From Chloroflexota bacterium (GTDB taxonomy: Bacteria; Chloroflexota; Dehalococcoidia; SZUA-161; SpSt-899): a stretch of 26,187 nt of DNA. Below are positions 15,901-22,971 of the stretch, piece by piece. Below the pieces are notes generated by a model. It was not told the origin of the DNA, ran no database searches, and saw only the letters and a list, made by a program, of their open reading frames with translations. The stretch is taken from positions 1 through 26,187 of the forward strand of contig QLUN01000001.1 in the NCBI GenBank assembly GCA_018725455.1. Reading direction: 5' to 3'. Made by a program: the position numbers and the translations under genes. How positions within the stretch are numbered: the first letter of the stretch is position 1; the number at the start of each line of letters is the position of its first letter.

Positions 15901-17774
15901 AGATCAGCCGACTCCCATAACCCGCTTGATGGGTTACAGTAAGCCAATCCCTCGGCTAATAATGACGCCTCAACATCTTCGACAGACTGTTTAACAAGCC
16001 TAGCAATGAAATAAGGGATAACTCGACCTGTTTGAGCCAAGCATATCTGTAACGCTTCTTGCACAGTTTCAGCATGATCGGGCATGATAACCGCTTTTGC
16101 GGTTCGGCGATAAAACAAATCCGCCTTTGTTGTCTTGCCTGTTTCGCTATCCCACTTCTCTAATGACAGCACCAGTGGAAAATCAGGATCAAGCCGAAGC
16201 GCCTTGACATTCCTCTTGTCGTTAATTGGGCCAAATGACTTTACAAACGCCTGATAAGCCGCACCCATACCAGCACGCAGAATCTCAAGTTTGCTGTCAT
16301 CTTCCTCATAAGCCTGACGCTCAACAAGCTTTCTTGTTGAATCGCGCAATGGAATCATTGAAAGGATTTTTGCTTCGTCTGCCTTGGTGACATGAGCCTC
16401 TACCACTTCATTCCCAGCACTCACCCCCACTCGTCCATTACTCATAACCAAGTACGAACCAGGCTTAATGCGCACCCCTAAAGACTCACGAGCCGGATCA
16501 GGAACAATCACCTCGACCTTTCGCGGCGTGTAGCATGCCGGAACGGTCAGGAGGTCAACCGCAGTAGCGAGCGCTACCCGCCAGTCGCCTTCACAGTGAG
16601 CGATAGAAGACCGCCCGCCGTACTGCCTCGTTACCATCCTTCGCTCACCAATGAATCGCTCATCAGGGAGTGCGGCGGCATTGTAGTTTTTGCCAGAGAA
16701 TTCAAAGCTCGACGCTATCTCGCTCGCCCAATCGCTGCTACTGATCCGAGCCTCATCTTTCCCTCTTTTGCGCAAAATCAAAAAATCGATCGACGCTTCT
16801 GTTCCTGCAAATGCCTTAAAGGACTGACTCGGCAATCGGACGGCATGCACCAGATCCGCATGTGCGCTTAACCATAAACGGGTTGCCGGGTTTGATTTAT
16901 CAAGCGTTCCGCTCGATGTTAGAAAAGCGACCAATCCACCCTCGCGAACCAGCGTCATGGCACGGCCAAAGAAAAAATCATGGATGAGCCACTTGCGGTA
17001 CTCTGATCGCTCGGCAGAAACCACTCCAAAATTTCCGAAAGGAACATTAGAGATGGCTAAATCAAAGCCCCCTTCAGGAAGATCAACCTTCTCAAAGCCG
17101 TCGATGTGAACCTGTGTGTCCGGCTGCGCGTACAGCGCCCGGAGGATGCGGCCCGTGGTCGGATCTTTCTCGATGGCCGTAACGGTCGATGTTGCTACCA
17201 TCTCTTGTGGCATGGTTCCCAGTAGAAGCCCAGTTCCAGCAGAGGGCTCGAGAATCCGCCCCCCATTGAAACCTGTCTGCTTGATCCATTCCCACATGGC
17301 CTTGCACACCTCAATCGGTGTAAAAAACGCCGTGTTCACCGAATGGCGCGCCGATTCAATGTCCTCCCCATCAGCAATCAGTTTTTGCAACTCATCGCGC
17401 TCATTGCGAAGAGGTGCCCAGGTGGTGTCAAATATCTTCGGAACTGCGCCCCATCCAGAGTAGCGATTGAGCGCAGCGCGCTCTTCTTCAGTCGGATCGC
17501 GATGCTCTGCCTCGATCTGATTGAGAATCCGAAGAGCATTCAAATTTCGCTCAATGCGATCAGCTTGGCCATGAGCAGATTCAACGCTCTGAATCAAAGG
17601 CCACTGATTTGTAACCTTTGGCGTTCTGGAGGCTGCCGGGAAGGGCAAAACCGTTGCGGATGCCTCCCTCATGGATATGCTTGTCGCCTGCGGAGGGATC
17701 GCCTCAAGGGGATTCTCCCCAGGCCCAAATCCTGGCAGGTACATCATCACTTCGGCCAATGCCTTGAGTTTCAT
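12927..17774 (-). CDS. DarB-like N6-adenine DNA methyltransferase + SNF2/SF2 helicase (1615 aa)
   Basis: MTase motifs ILEPSAGTG and ISNVPFG; helicase AHCVGAGKT, VDEAH, ATGTPISNS, STEKMGVGTNIQ, QREGRIERQGN. Confidence 0.93.
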   Translation of the reverse strand: MKLKALAEVMMYLPGFGPGENPLEAIPPQATSISMREASATVLPFPAASRTPKVTNQWPLIQSVESAHGQADRIERNLNALRILNQIEAEHRDPTEEERAALNRYSGWGAVPKIFDTTWAPLRNERDELQKLIADGEDIESARHSVNTAFFTPIEVCKAMWEWIKQTGFNGGRILEPSAGTGLLLGTMPQEMVATSTVTAIEKDPTTGRILRALYAQPDTQVHIDGFEKVDLPEGGFDLAISNVPFGNFGVVSAERSEYRKWLIHDFFFGRAMTLVREGGLVAFLTSSGTLDKSNPATRLWLSAHADLVHAVRLPSQSFKAFAGTEASIDFLILRKRGKDEARISSSDWASEIASSFEFSGKNYNAAALPDERFIGERRMVTRQYGGRSSIAHCEGDWRVALATAVDLLTVPACYTPRKVEVIVPDPARESLGVRIKPGSYLVMSNGRVGVSAGNEVVEAHVTKADEAKILSMIPLRDSTRKLVERQAYEEDDSKLEILRAGMGAAYQAFVKSFGPINDKRNVKALRLDPDFPLVLSLEKWDSETGKTTKADLFYRRTAKAVIMPDHAETVQEALQICLAQTGRVIPYFIARLVKQSVEDVEASLLAEGLAYCNPSSGLWESADLYLSGDVKTKLSMASAAGSAFLSNVEALKGVIPEDIKPKDITINLGASWIPCDILSQFVNERLGGHKAEVSLNAKVSLWSMNGYCSPSAKFSTSRISTGDLFVLALNQKEPEIRDRDHENKSYKLNPDETLAACAAQENIREAFSDWIYADEKREARIHEIYNRVMNRYVERKIDGSRLVLPGFSHCLELRQHQKDAIWRIVSGKANTLLAHCVGAGKTLVMICAAMEMRRTGKARKPLIVVPSHMLEQFMAEFLRAYPGASVLAASKDDATKENRKSLVARMTAWSWDAIIMTHSSFGRIQSSPDRVKAFINNELEILTAAMSSENDKKTIKEIESAKSRLNNRLELLATGWGKDDFITLEETGVDHLSVDEAHMAKNLYRFSRMTRIAGLPNSDSQRAFDMLLKVREITFIRNDECGITFATGTPISNSMAELWTMQTFLQPSTLQRIGYEMFDSWASAFGRVVKAVELRPDGGGYRVNARFSKFVNLPELMSVFSEVADIKTKEMLSLPTPITHRVTVVAEGSPTLKAFVQTLVERSESIRAGKVKADVDNMLSVTFDGRCAATDMRLVGGEDEAGSKVNLCVDKLVEVHANTTSNLGTQAVFLDMSTPKGAGVWSLYGDMKEKLIKRGIPPSEIAFIHDASTDAAKEKLFASVRSGKTRILLGSTEKMGVGTNIQKRLVALHHIDAPWKPSCVEQREGRIERQGNENEEVTIYRYVTSGSFDSYMWQCLHNKARFIAQVMSGEGGRSAEDAELSALSYAEVKALASGNPLVLEKAGVDADVLKLEALHRQWVKQTGDARYALRTLPSRIHAYNQLARAQDEDEKAIVDVSHKNFEMVIREEVFTDRKEASRRLFSLMLRSRGNQAFLAGNFAGFEMWIDGSGREAELSLKGQATWDVRVAARHNGPIDAIMDTIRNIRGESERTLRRLDAMNRDLSVARAMMDQGFDQMGRLEELRARQDKINTELGVFEGAKAAIDDADPQAAKAA

Positions 17775-17813
17775 TCAATCTCTCCTTTTGAGCCCGTTAG
17801 TGGGCCGATGGGG

Positions 17814-17843
17814 ATTGATGGAAGCCGCAGTGATCGGTGTTGC
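17814..17843 (-). promoter_or_regulatory. GCAACA-N18-ATCAAT element, copy 5
   Basis: 64 nt from ATG 17774; hairpin 17792-17805. Confidence 0.75.
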
Positions 17844-17859
17844 AAGTGTTTTTTTGAAC

Positions 17860-17891
17860 AAAAAAAGCCCCGCTCAATGCGGGGCTTTTTT
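17860..17891. terminator. Intrinsic terminator
   Basis: A7-GCCCCGC-tcaat-GCGGGGC-T6. Confidence 0.92.
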
Positions 17892-17903
17892 GTGGTTGTG
17901 CGG

Positions 17904-18251
17904 CTATTCGATTTCGCTGTCGCAGAACGCCAGCCTCTCCTGTGAAGCAACCTCTGTCAGTCGAAGGTAGGAACCTGGCTTTTGAATGCGAAGGCGGGCA
18001 CTCAATCGATTCAAAGCGATCATCGTTGCATTGATGCTGTAGACCGCCCCTTGCTGATCGCGAAGTCGCAGCATCATGCCCGGCTCTGCGCAGGCAATGG
18101 CCCGGTGGATTGCCAGCCTCAAGGCCAGTCGAACACGAGTCTCGGGCTGGCGCTGGTACGCCTTGGCACACATCCTGAGCACTTGAGTGTCCGTGGTGTA
18201 CCCCATGTCCCTCAGTCCAGAGAACGCCTGTCTAATCTGTGCAACACTCAT
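17904..18251 (-). CDS. Hypothetical protein (115 aa)
   Basis: ORF track; GGAG RBS; own motif and terminator. Confidence 0.75.
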   Translation of the reverse strand: MSVAQIRQAFSGLRDMGYTTDTQVLRMCAKAYQRQPETRVRLALRLAIHRAIACAEPGMMLRLRDQQGAVYSINATMIALNRLSARLRIQKPGSYLRLTEVASQERLAFCDSEIE

Positions 18252-18290
18252 CGTTGAACTCCGTAACGCCGGCCATCTGCCGGCAGTCGG

Positions 18291-18320
18291 ATTGCTCTCG
18301 GATTGATTACGATTCGTTGC
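18291..18320 (-). promoter_or_regulatory. GCAACG-N18-AGCAAT element, copy 6
   Basis: 64 nt from ATG 18251; hairpin 18268-18284. Confidence 0.72.
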
Positions 18321-18347
18321 GAGAAAAAGGCTGTAACGACCTTGAGC

Positions 18348-18378
18348 AAAAAAAAGCCCTGACGATAGTCAGGGCTTT
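18348..18378 (-). terminator. Intrinsic terminator
   Basis: AAAGCCCTGAC-gata-GTCAGGGCTTT; A8 tract on the left. Confidence 0.88.
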
Positions 18379-18391
18379 GGACATCTTGCAG

Positions 18392-18607
18392 TTACTCGGC
18401 CATTTCGGCCTCGAACTGCATTAAAAGTAGTCTTTCGGAGCGGATTGATTCCTTTCTCGTCTCCTCTTTTAAGAGGAGCTTTACAGCAGCATAACGCGGA
18501 TCATTCCGCGGGATGCTGTTCAACTTGTTTGCCATCCTCATTAGGATGGATGTGTTTCTTTCGGCTCTACGCTCTTCTGCGTCGAGCAACTTCAAATCAA
18601 CAGTCAT
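18392..18607 (-). CDS. Hypothetical charged helical protein (71 aa)
   Basis: AGGAG RBS before ATG 18607; the longer track ORF runs through the promoter and repeat. Confidence 0.65.
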   Translation of the reverse strand: MTVDLKLLDAEERRAERNTSILMRMANKLNSIPRNDPRYAAVKLLLKEETRKESIRSERLLLMQFEAEMAE

Positions 18608-18652
18608 TTCCTGTACTCCTGTCAGTACATTTCCTCGAAGTGAGGCAGCAGC

Positions 18653-18682
18653 ATTGCCCGCTCCTCTAGTGTGGGTTGTTGC
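18653..18682 (-). promoter_or_regulatory. GCAACA-N18-GGCAAT element, copy 7
   Basis: 70 nt from ATG 18607; hairpin 18633-18645. Confidence 0.75.
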
Positions 18683-18691
18683 GTGCTCTTG

Positions 18692-18727
18692 TTGCGAGTG
18701 TTGCGAGTGCTGCGAGTGTTGCGAGTG
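18692..18727. repeat. 4 x 9-bp tandem repeat (TTGCGAGTG; third unit CTGCGAGTG)
   Basis: Read directly; unit junctions regenerate TGTTGC (= GCAACA). Confidence 0.9.
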
Positions 18728-18775
18728 CAGAACTTGCAACAAGATGACCACCCCACCCTATTCTGGATGATGAAC

Positions 18776-18809
18776 AAAAACCCCGACCAGAGAGCAAGTC
18801 TGGTCGGGG
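18776..18809 (-). terminator. Intrinsic terminator
   Basis: CCCCGACCAGA-gagcaag-TCTGGTCGGGG; A5 on the left. Confidence 0.8.
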
Positions 18810-18819
18810 ATTGGTTTTG

Positions 18820-20007
18820 TTAAGCCGCCTGCTTCTGGGAAGCGATGCGGCGAGCCTTGACGGTGAGTTGTTCGTGGATCCGTATCAGGATTGACGGATC
18901 AGCAGCTTCAAAGCTACTTGTTCCGTGATACGCCAATACGTTGGCCGGATCCGTCTTAGTTCTATCTATCAGACCGCTGATCTCTTCAATCAACCGATCG
19001 CGAGCATCCTTGTCTCCCGGTGAATGAGCCTCGCTCGAGGCACCAGATGCCTCGGGCGCTGGAGTCTCCTTTGGAGTCTCCTTTGGAACTTCCTTGTCGA
19101 TCTGTTGCATCGCTGCCAACTCGTCCATTGATGCTTTGGCGTAAATGGACAATCCGTACCCGGTACAATGGGCTATGGCCTTCGCCAGGCAGCGCATGAC
19201 TGCTGTGTTCCACATGGCTGCCGTGGGGTTAAGGCACGGCTGGTTGTGTAGGATCACTTTCTTATTTGCCTTGCTGGTGATCTCCTTTGACTCCGTGATG
19301 GCAAGAGTTTCCTCGTGCTCAATACCCTTGTAAGCCACCTTGACAGTAACCAGGTACCCTCCCGGAACCCGGAGGTAGGGCTGAACAGAAGCCTCACCAT
19401 TTTCATTGGAAGTGTCAAATTCGACCACTTGCCAATGGAAGTTCGGATCTGTGATCCGGGCAGCGGCAAGAGCAGAAGGCCACTCTAGATAAGGGCGGCG
19501 CTCTGCCATCCCCACTCGGGGCTCAACGATTGAGAGATCTGTTTCTGGTGTAACACCAACCTCGTTCACAAAATCAACGCCGTTGGTGAAAACGGAATTT
19601 CTACCGCTCTTCAGGTGTACACCAAGGCCGATGCCAAGGGCCATTGAAATGCTCTTTCTTTTGGTGGTTGTAATCCCGTCCGCGATGTCCCGGCTATCAA
19701 GACGATCAACAGGAATGGGCTGATTCTTGTTGTCGAGAATCACGGAAAACGACCGACAAGGCTTTTCACCGAATCCTTTCGTATCTACGGCAATTACCGC
19801 CCCTCCGAATACCTCTCGGTACGGCAGATCATCCTTGTATCGGACAACCGCCTGTTTTGGTCGGTTGGCTAGAATGATGATTCTGGAAGTCGGAACGTAG
19901 GTTAGTGGAATCTTGTTCCCACTTTTTTTGTCCTCAATCTCAAGGACAAATGAAAAAGGCGTTACATCGACGCATGCAGCGTCGAAAAACGATTTATGTG
20001 CTTTCAT
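18820..20007 (-). CDS. Sak3-like (DUF1071) single-strand annealing protein with two tandem domains (395 aa)
   Basis: Second domain ends NTAVMRCLAKAIAHCTGYGLSIYA (Sak3 signature); first ends KRKSISMALGIGLGVH; GGAG RBS before ATG 20007. Confidence 0.8.
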   Translation of the reverse strand: MKAHKSFFDAACVDVTPFSFVLEIEDKKSGNKIPLTYVPTSRIIILANRPKQAVVRYKDDLPYREVFGGAVIAVDTKGFGEKPCRSFSVILDNKNQPIPVDRLDSRDIADGITTTKRKSISMALGIGLGVHLKSGRNSVFTNGVDFVNEVGVTPETDLSIVEPRVGMAERRPYLEWPSALAAARITDPNFHWQVVEFDTSNENGEASVQPYLRVPGGYLVTVKVAYKGIEHEETLAITESKEITSKANKKVILHNQPCLNPTAAMWNTAVMRCLAKAIAHCTGYGLSIYAKASMDELAAMQQIDKEVPKETPKETPAPEASGASSEAHSPGDKDARDRLIEEISGLIDRTKTDPANVLAYHGTSSFEAADPSILIRIHEQLTVKARRIASQKQAA

Positions 20008-20043
20008 CTGCAACTCCATTAAGCCGCAGGACGCGGCAGGAAT

Positions 20044-20073
20044 GTTGCTAAAGCTTGAGCTTGCATCTGTTGC
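20044..20073 (-). promoter_or_regulatory. GCAACA-N18-AGCAAC element, copy 8
   Basis: 61 nt from ATG 20007; hairpin 20023-20037. Confidence 0.75.
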
Positions 20074-20096
20074 GTGCGTGGAGTTATTTTACAAAC

Positions 20097-20744
20097 TCAT
20101 TCGCAGGCAACACCGTCCCTGTCGCGATCCATTGAAGCACGGTACTCCGGCGAGCCCAGTTGAGCCGGAGCCCTCCCTGCCCGACGCAGGTCATCACACG
20201 TCATGACCCCAGGGTCATTAGGCCTTCGATTGGATAATTCCACGCCTTCAGCGCTGCTACGCCCGCGATTGGCTGATCGAAAGTCCCACGGCGCTACGAA
20301 CTCGCCCTGCCAAACACCTCGTCGCTCTCTTCGAGCTTCCGCAGCGCCTGCAAGGTGCTTTCTGCCTCCGAACTGCACATAGGGTAGAGCCCATCCGTTT
20401 CTAATCATCCAAGCGTTGACGCTCACTTGGCCCATGTAGCACTCGCCGATTGCTCGCTTGAATCGATCACGAGCGGCCACCTCGCATCGAACGTTTTGGC
20501 TGCCAATGAAATCTGACAAAGCTAGTGCCGCTTGCTGACCACAGCGATATTCGCGGCCGCCAGAATCACTGCACGTTTGCGACGACTCAGGCGCGTCTAT
20601 CGCGCTTAGCCGCACCCTCTCAGAGCGAATTTCGATGGTGTCGCCATCAATCACTGAAGCACGCCCGATGAGGGTCTGGCCCTCGGATAACACAGGAAAA
20701 GCTGCAATGGCCGCAGCAAGAGCAACGCAAGAACGGTAACGCAT
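20097..20744 (-). CDS. Secreted thermonuclease (SNase-like) with a C-terminal Excalibur Ca-binding domain (215 aa)
   Basis: Signal peptide; VIDGDTI, VRLSAIDAPE, DRFKR; C-terminal CDDLR...MDRDRDGVACE. Confidence 0.9.
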   Translation of the reverse strand: MRYRSCVALAAAIAAFPVLSEGQTLIGRASVIDGDTIEIRSERVRLSAIDAPESSQTCSDSGGREYRCGQQAALALSDFIGSQNVRCEVAARDRFKRAIGECYMGQVSVNAWMIRNGWALPYVQFGGRKHLAGAAEARRERRGVWQGEFVAPWDFRSANRGRSSAEGVELSNRRPNDPGVMTCDDLRRAGRAPAQLGSPEYRASMDRDRDGVACE

Positions 20745-20780
20745 CGCACCCCCCCTTTTTTTGCCCTCAAAGCAACAGTG

Positions 20781-21098
20781 CTAGACAACAGGCCCACCCA
20801 TGCCAAGGCTGCGCATCATAGCCTCGGAGGCTTCTAGGCAATCATTGCACCAGGGCTCGAATAGATTGGGGCCAACCTCAACGCGAACCGTTGACGGCTT
20901 GCTCATACAGCACTGGCACAATCCCTTACCCACCGGCTTTGGCGTCCCTAACGGCATGATGTCAACACCACACGTCTTGCAGGGCAATATAAAGGTGTTG
21001 AACTCCAGCTTGCTGCGTCGAGAGAGTGGCGGCGCTAAAAGATGCCCGCAAGAACCGCAAGCAGACTTCGGCCCTGGGAAGTTAATGATGTTGCTCAT
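20781..21098 (-). CDS. Cys-rich putative zinc-binding protein (105 aa)
   Basis: CGSC, CKTC, CQCC and CNDC motifs. Confidence 0.65.
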   Translation of the reverse strand: MSNIINFPGPKSACGSCGHLLAPPLSRRSKLEFNTFILPCKTCGVDIMPLGTPKPVGKGLCQCCMSKPSTVRVEVGPNLFEPWCNDCLEASEAMMRSLGMGGPVV

Positions 21099-21242
21099 GA
21101 GCTACTCACTTGTGTTGCTTCCGATGTGTGCATGGATCAAGCATAGCCCTGTCATCGCGTGAGACAAAAACACCAGTGTTTACTTGGGCCTCGAGGCACC
21201 AATTGGCGGCACGGAGCCTGCTTGCCAAGCAACCCCAAAAGG

Positions 21243-21275
21243 AAAAAAGCCCCGACAAATACCGTGTCGGGGCTT
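21243..21275 (-). terminator. Intrinsic terminator
   Basis: AAGCCCCGACA-aataccg-TGTCGGGGCTT; A6 on the left. Confidence 0.85.
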
Positions 21276-21280
21276 GCTTA

Positions 21281-21496
21281 TCATCGTCTGAAGTTTTTGG
21301 CCTTGGCCTTGAAGGCCGAATAGGCGACCCAGCCCCCTATGGCCGAGCTTCCGACTAACAGGCCCAGCGTTACTGCTGGAACCAGAATTTCCATCATAAA
21401 TGCAGGAAAAAACTGGAACCCGAAGACAATGATTCCAATGCAAATGAAAAGGCCTATGAAAGCTCCCGCCCCGACCCTTGCTTCCTGCTCATTCAT
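21281..21496 (-). CDS. Small membrane protein with 2 predicted TM segments (71 aa)
   Basis: GGAG RBS; start overlaps the upstream stop; two hydrophobic stretches and a basic tail. Confidence 0.7.
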   Translation of the reverse strand: MNEQEARVGAGAFIGLFICIGIIVFGFQFFPAFMMEILVPAVTLGLLVGSSAIGGWVAYSAFKAKAKNFRR

Positions 21497-21674
21497 TGAA
21501 TTCTCCAGTGAAGGAGAGGCCCATAAATGCTCCGAAAGTTCCGAAGCGGATTCCAAGGGCACCTGAAAGGGCTGGGTTAAGCCCTTGTCTGCCATCGGCC
21601 TCCAGTGAAGCCAAGTCGGCGGCCTCAGCCGCCTGTTTTGCGGCTTCAGCCGCAAAAATGAGATCAAAAAGCAT
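21489..21674 (-). CDS. Hypothetical protein (61 aa)
   Basis: CAGGAG RBS before ATG 21674. Confidence 0.6.
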   Translation of the reverse strand: MLFDLIFAAEAAKQAAEAADLASLEADGRQGLNPALSGALGIRFGTFGAFMGLSFTGEFNE

Positions 21675-21733
21675 TCTGTACTCCTGCCCCGGTTGGTTGT
21701 GTGGGCGAATGCCCGCTGAGTTGGGGCAAAGGA

Positions 21734-21764
21734 GTTGATGTTTGGATTTCGCAAGCACTGTTGC
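21734..21764 (-). promoter_or_regulatory. GCAACA-N19-ATCAAC element, copy 9
   Basis: Spacer one base longer; 85 nt from ATG 21674; back-to-back with copy 10. Confidence 0.55.
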
Positions 21765-21778
21765 GAGCATGCCGGCAT

Positions 21779-21808
21779 GCAACAGTCATCGCCCTTTGTT
21801 CATGCAAT
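21779..21808 (+). promoter_or_regulatory. GCAACA-N18-TGCAAT element, copy 10
   Basis: 63 nt from ATG 21847; hairpin 21814-21830. Confidence 0.75.
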
Positions 21809-21846
21809 TCCGCTGTCGCAATCCGCGACAAGTAAAGAGAAAGAGG

Positions 21847-22035
21847 ATGTTGTACCCATGCGCCATTAAGCAATACGGCTTCTATGAAGGCATCGGTCAT
21901 ACGACCAGCCTCACGGGAGCAAAGGCAATACTGATTCAGTTTTGTGAAAGATTCAAACAACCCGAGGTCAGTCGAAAACTGATTCGTCTTGATGGCGAAA
22001 TGGTTGAGGCTTTCGTATTTGAGTCCGATCAATAA
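21847..22035 (+). CDS. Hypothetical protein (62 aa; MLYPCAIKQYGFYEG...)
   Basis: 3' part of track ORF 21742..22035; AAGAGG RBS; motif, hairpin and terminator all in register. Confidence 0.65.
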   Translation: MLYPCAIKQYGFYEGIGHTTSLTGAKAILIQFCERFKQPEVSRKLIRLDGEMVEAFVFESDQ

Positions 22036-22038
22036 AGC

Positions 22039-22074
22039 AACCCCCCTTTCTCTAGTGATAGAGATTGGGGGGTT
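22039..22074. terminator. Hairpin/terminator between convergent genes
   Basis: AACCCCCC-tt-TCTCTA-gtga-TAGAGA-tt-GGGGGGTT. Confidence 0.7.
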
Positions 22075-22079
22075 ATTGG

Positions 22080-22529
22080 TTATTTGAAAGAGAGTGCTGA
22101 AAGCGCCCTTTCTATGTAACGGGCGATGTCCGTGCATTTTAGATACCACAAGATGTGGCCTCTAAACCCGGCATAACTGTCGGGCTTCATGAGTAACCGG
22201 AGGCGCTTAACCGCCCTCAGGTGTTCCTTGGCCTCGGCCAAGTCAAACCTCCTGGCATCCCCATTGCCACCAACCACCAAAACGATAGTGGGCAGATGCG
22301 GAATTATCTTCACCTGAATAATTCTTGTGTTGCCTGGCGGCCGCATCACCGCGCCAACTTGTGCAGGCGTCTTGCCTGCCACTCCGGGGTGGAACATGAA
22401 AACATCCCCCTCCCCCCCGGCATCTTCGATCAGCCTCTGGGCCAGCCTTTGCTGACCAGCGGTGGCCTTGGCCATTTCGCCCTTGAACGAATCGCCGTAT
22501 AGTTCGGCGTCTAGTAAAATGGGTGTCAT
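22080..22529 (-). CDS. Hypothetical protein (149 aa)
   Basis: AAGGAG RBS before ATG 22529. Confidence 0.72.
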   Translation of the reverse strand: MTPILLDAELYGDSFKGEMAKATAGQQRLAQRLIEDAGGEGDVFMFHPGVAGKTPAQVGAVMRPPGNTRIIQVKIIPHLPTIVLVVGGNGDARRFDLAEAKEHLRAVKRLRLLMKPDSYAGFRGHILWYLKCTDIARYIERALSALSFK

Positions 22530-22571
22530 CAGAACTCCTTGATTTATTTCTGGGCTGCTCCCAGTCAACGA

Positions 22572-22601
22572 AATGCCCTGCTATAAGCAGGGCATTGTTG
22601 C
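22572..22601 (-). promoter_or_regulatory. GCAACA-N18-GGCATT element, copy 11
   Basis: 67 nt from ATG 22529; hairpin 22550-22564; the spacer is itself palindromic (AATGCCCTGCT-ata-AGCAGGGCATT). Confidence 0.75.
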
Positions 22602-22610
22602 AAGCGCGTC

Positions 22611-22853
22611 CTACCGACGAAACGGCGACCTGCTGGCGGAAAGCAGCTTCAGAATTGTTGCGCCGTGCTCGGCCAGATAGCGTCCTGAGCGGATCTCGGC
22701 AACATCTGCGGCAGACGTTCGAAAGCCGCTCAAAGCAAACTCAGCGCGAGCGCGATTGATCGCATCCATTGCTGAAATCAAGCCGGCCTCGACCGCTGAA
22801 GAGATCGGCGGGTCATCTGCCGCCTTCTGGCATGCTTGAATTGGTTCATTCAT
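22611..22853 (-). CDS. Hypothetical protein (80 aa)
   Basis: ORF track; GAGAGG RBS. Confidence 0.68.
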   Translation of the reverse strand: MNEPIQACQKAADDPPISSAVEAGLISAMDAINRARAEFALSGFRTSAADVAEIRSGRYLAEHGATILKLLSASRSPFRR

Positions 22854-22893
22854 ACGATCCTCTCTTTTGTGCGTCGTGGTTTACGACACCCCC

Positions 22894-22923
22894 ATTGCTC
22901 CCTCTCGCCTAGCTAGGTGTTGC
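22894..22923 (-). promoter_or_regulatory. GCAACA-N18-AGCAAT element, copy 12
   Basis: 65 nt from ATG 22853; hairpin 22873-22887. Confidence 0.78.
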
Positions 22924-22931
22924 AGCAATTG

Positions 22932-22964
22932 AAAAAAAACACCCGCTGATTGCTCAGCGGGTGT
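22932..22964 (-). terminator. Intrinsic terminator
   Basis: ACACCCGCTGA-ttgc-TCAGCGGGTGT; A8 on the left. Confidence 0.88.
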
Positions 22965-22971
22965 GGTGAAA

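Noticed and set aside
18692-18727. Possible CRISPR array or iterons
   Set aside because: The units are contiguous 9-mers with no spacers, too short for either.
18392-18751. Track ORF with an N-terminal HSQ-repeat extension
   Set aside because: The HSQ repeats are the 9-bp DNA repeat read through the promoter region; RBS and motif spacing support ATG 18607.
18736-18765. Plus-strand GCAACA as a further promoter copy
   Set aside because: No second box at N18 (ATTCTG) and no downstream gene.
19060-19090. 12-bp repeat inside the annealase gene
   Set aside because: Simply encodes the PKET-PKET linker.
22611-22853. VbhA-like antitoxin (AINRARAEFALSGF)
   Set aside because: Lacks the Glu of the (S/G)xxxE(G/N) motif, and there is no Fic toxin nearby.
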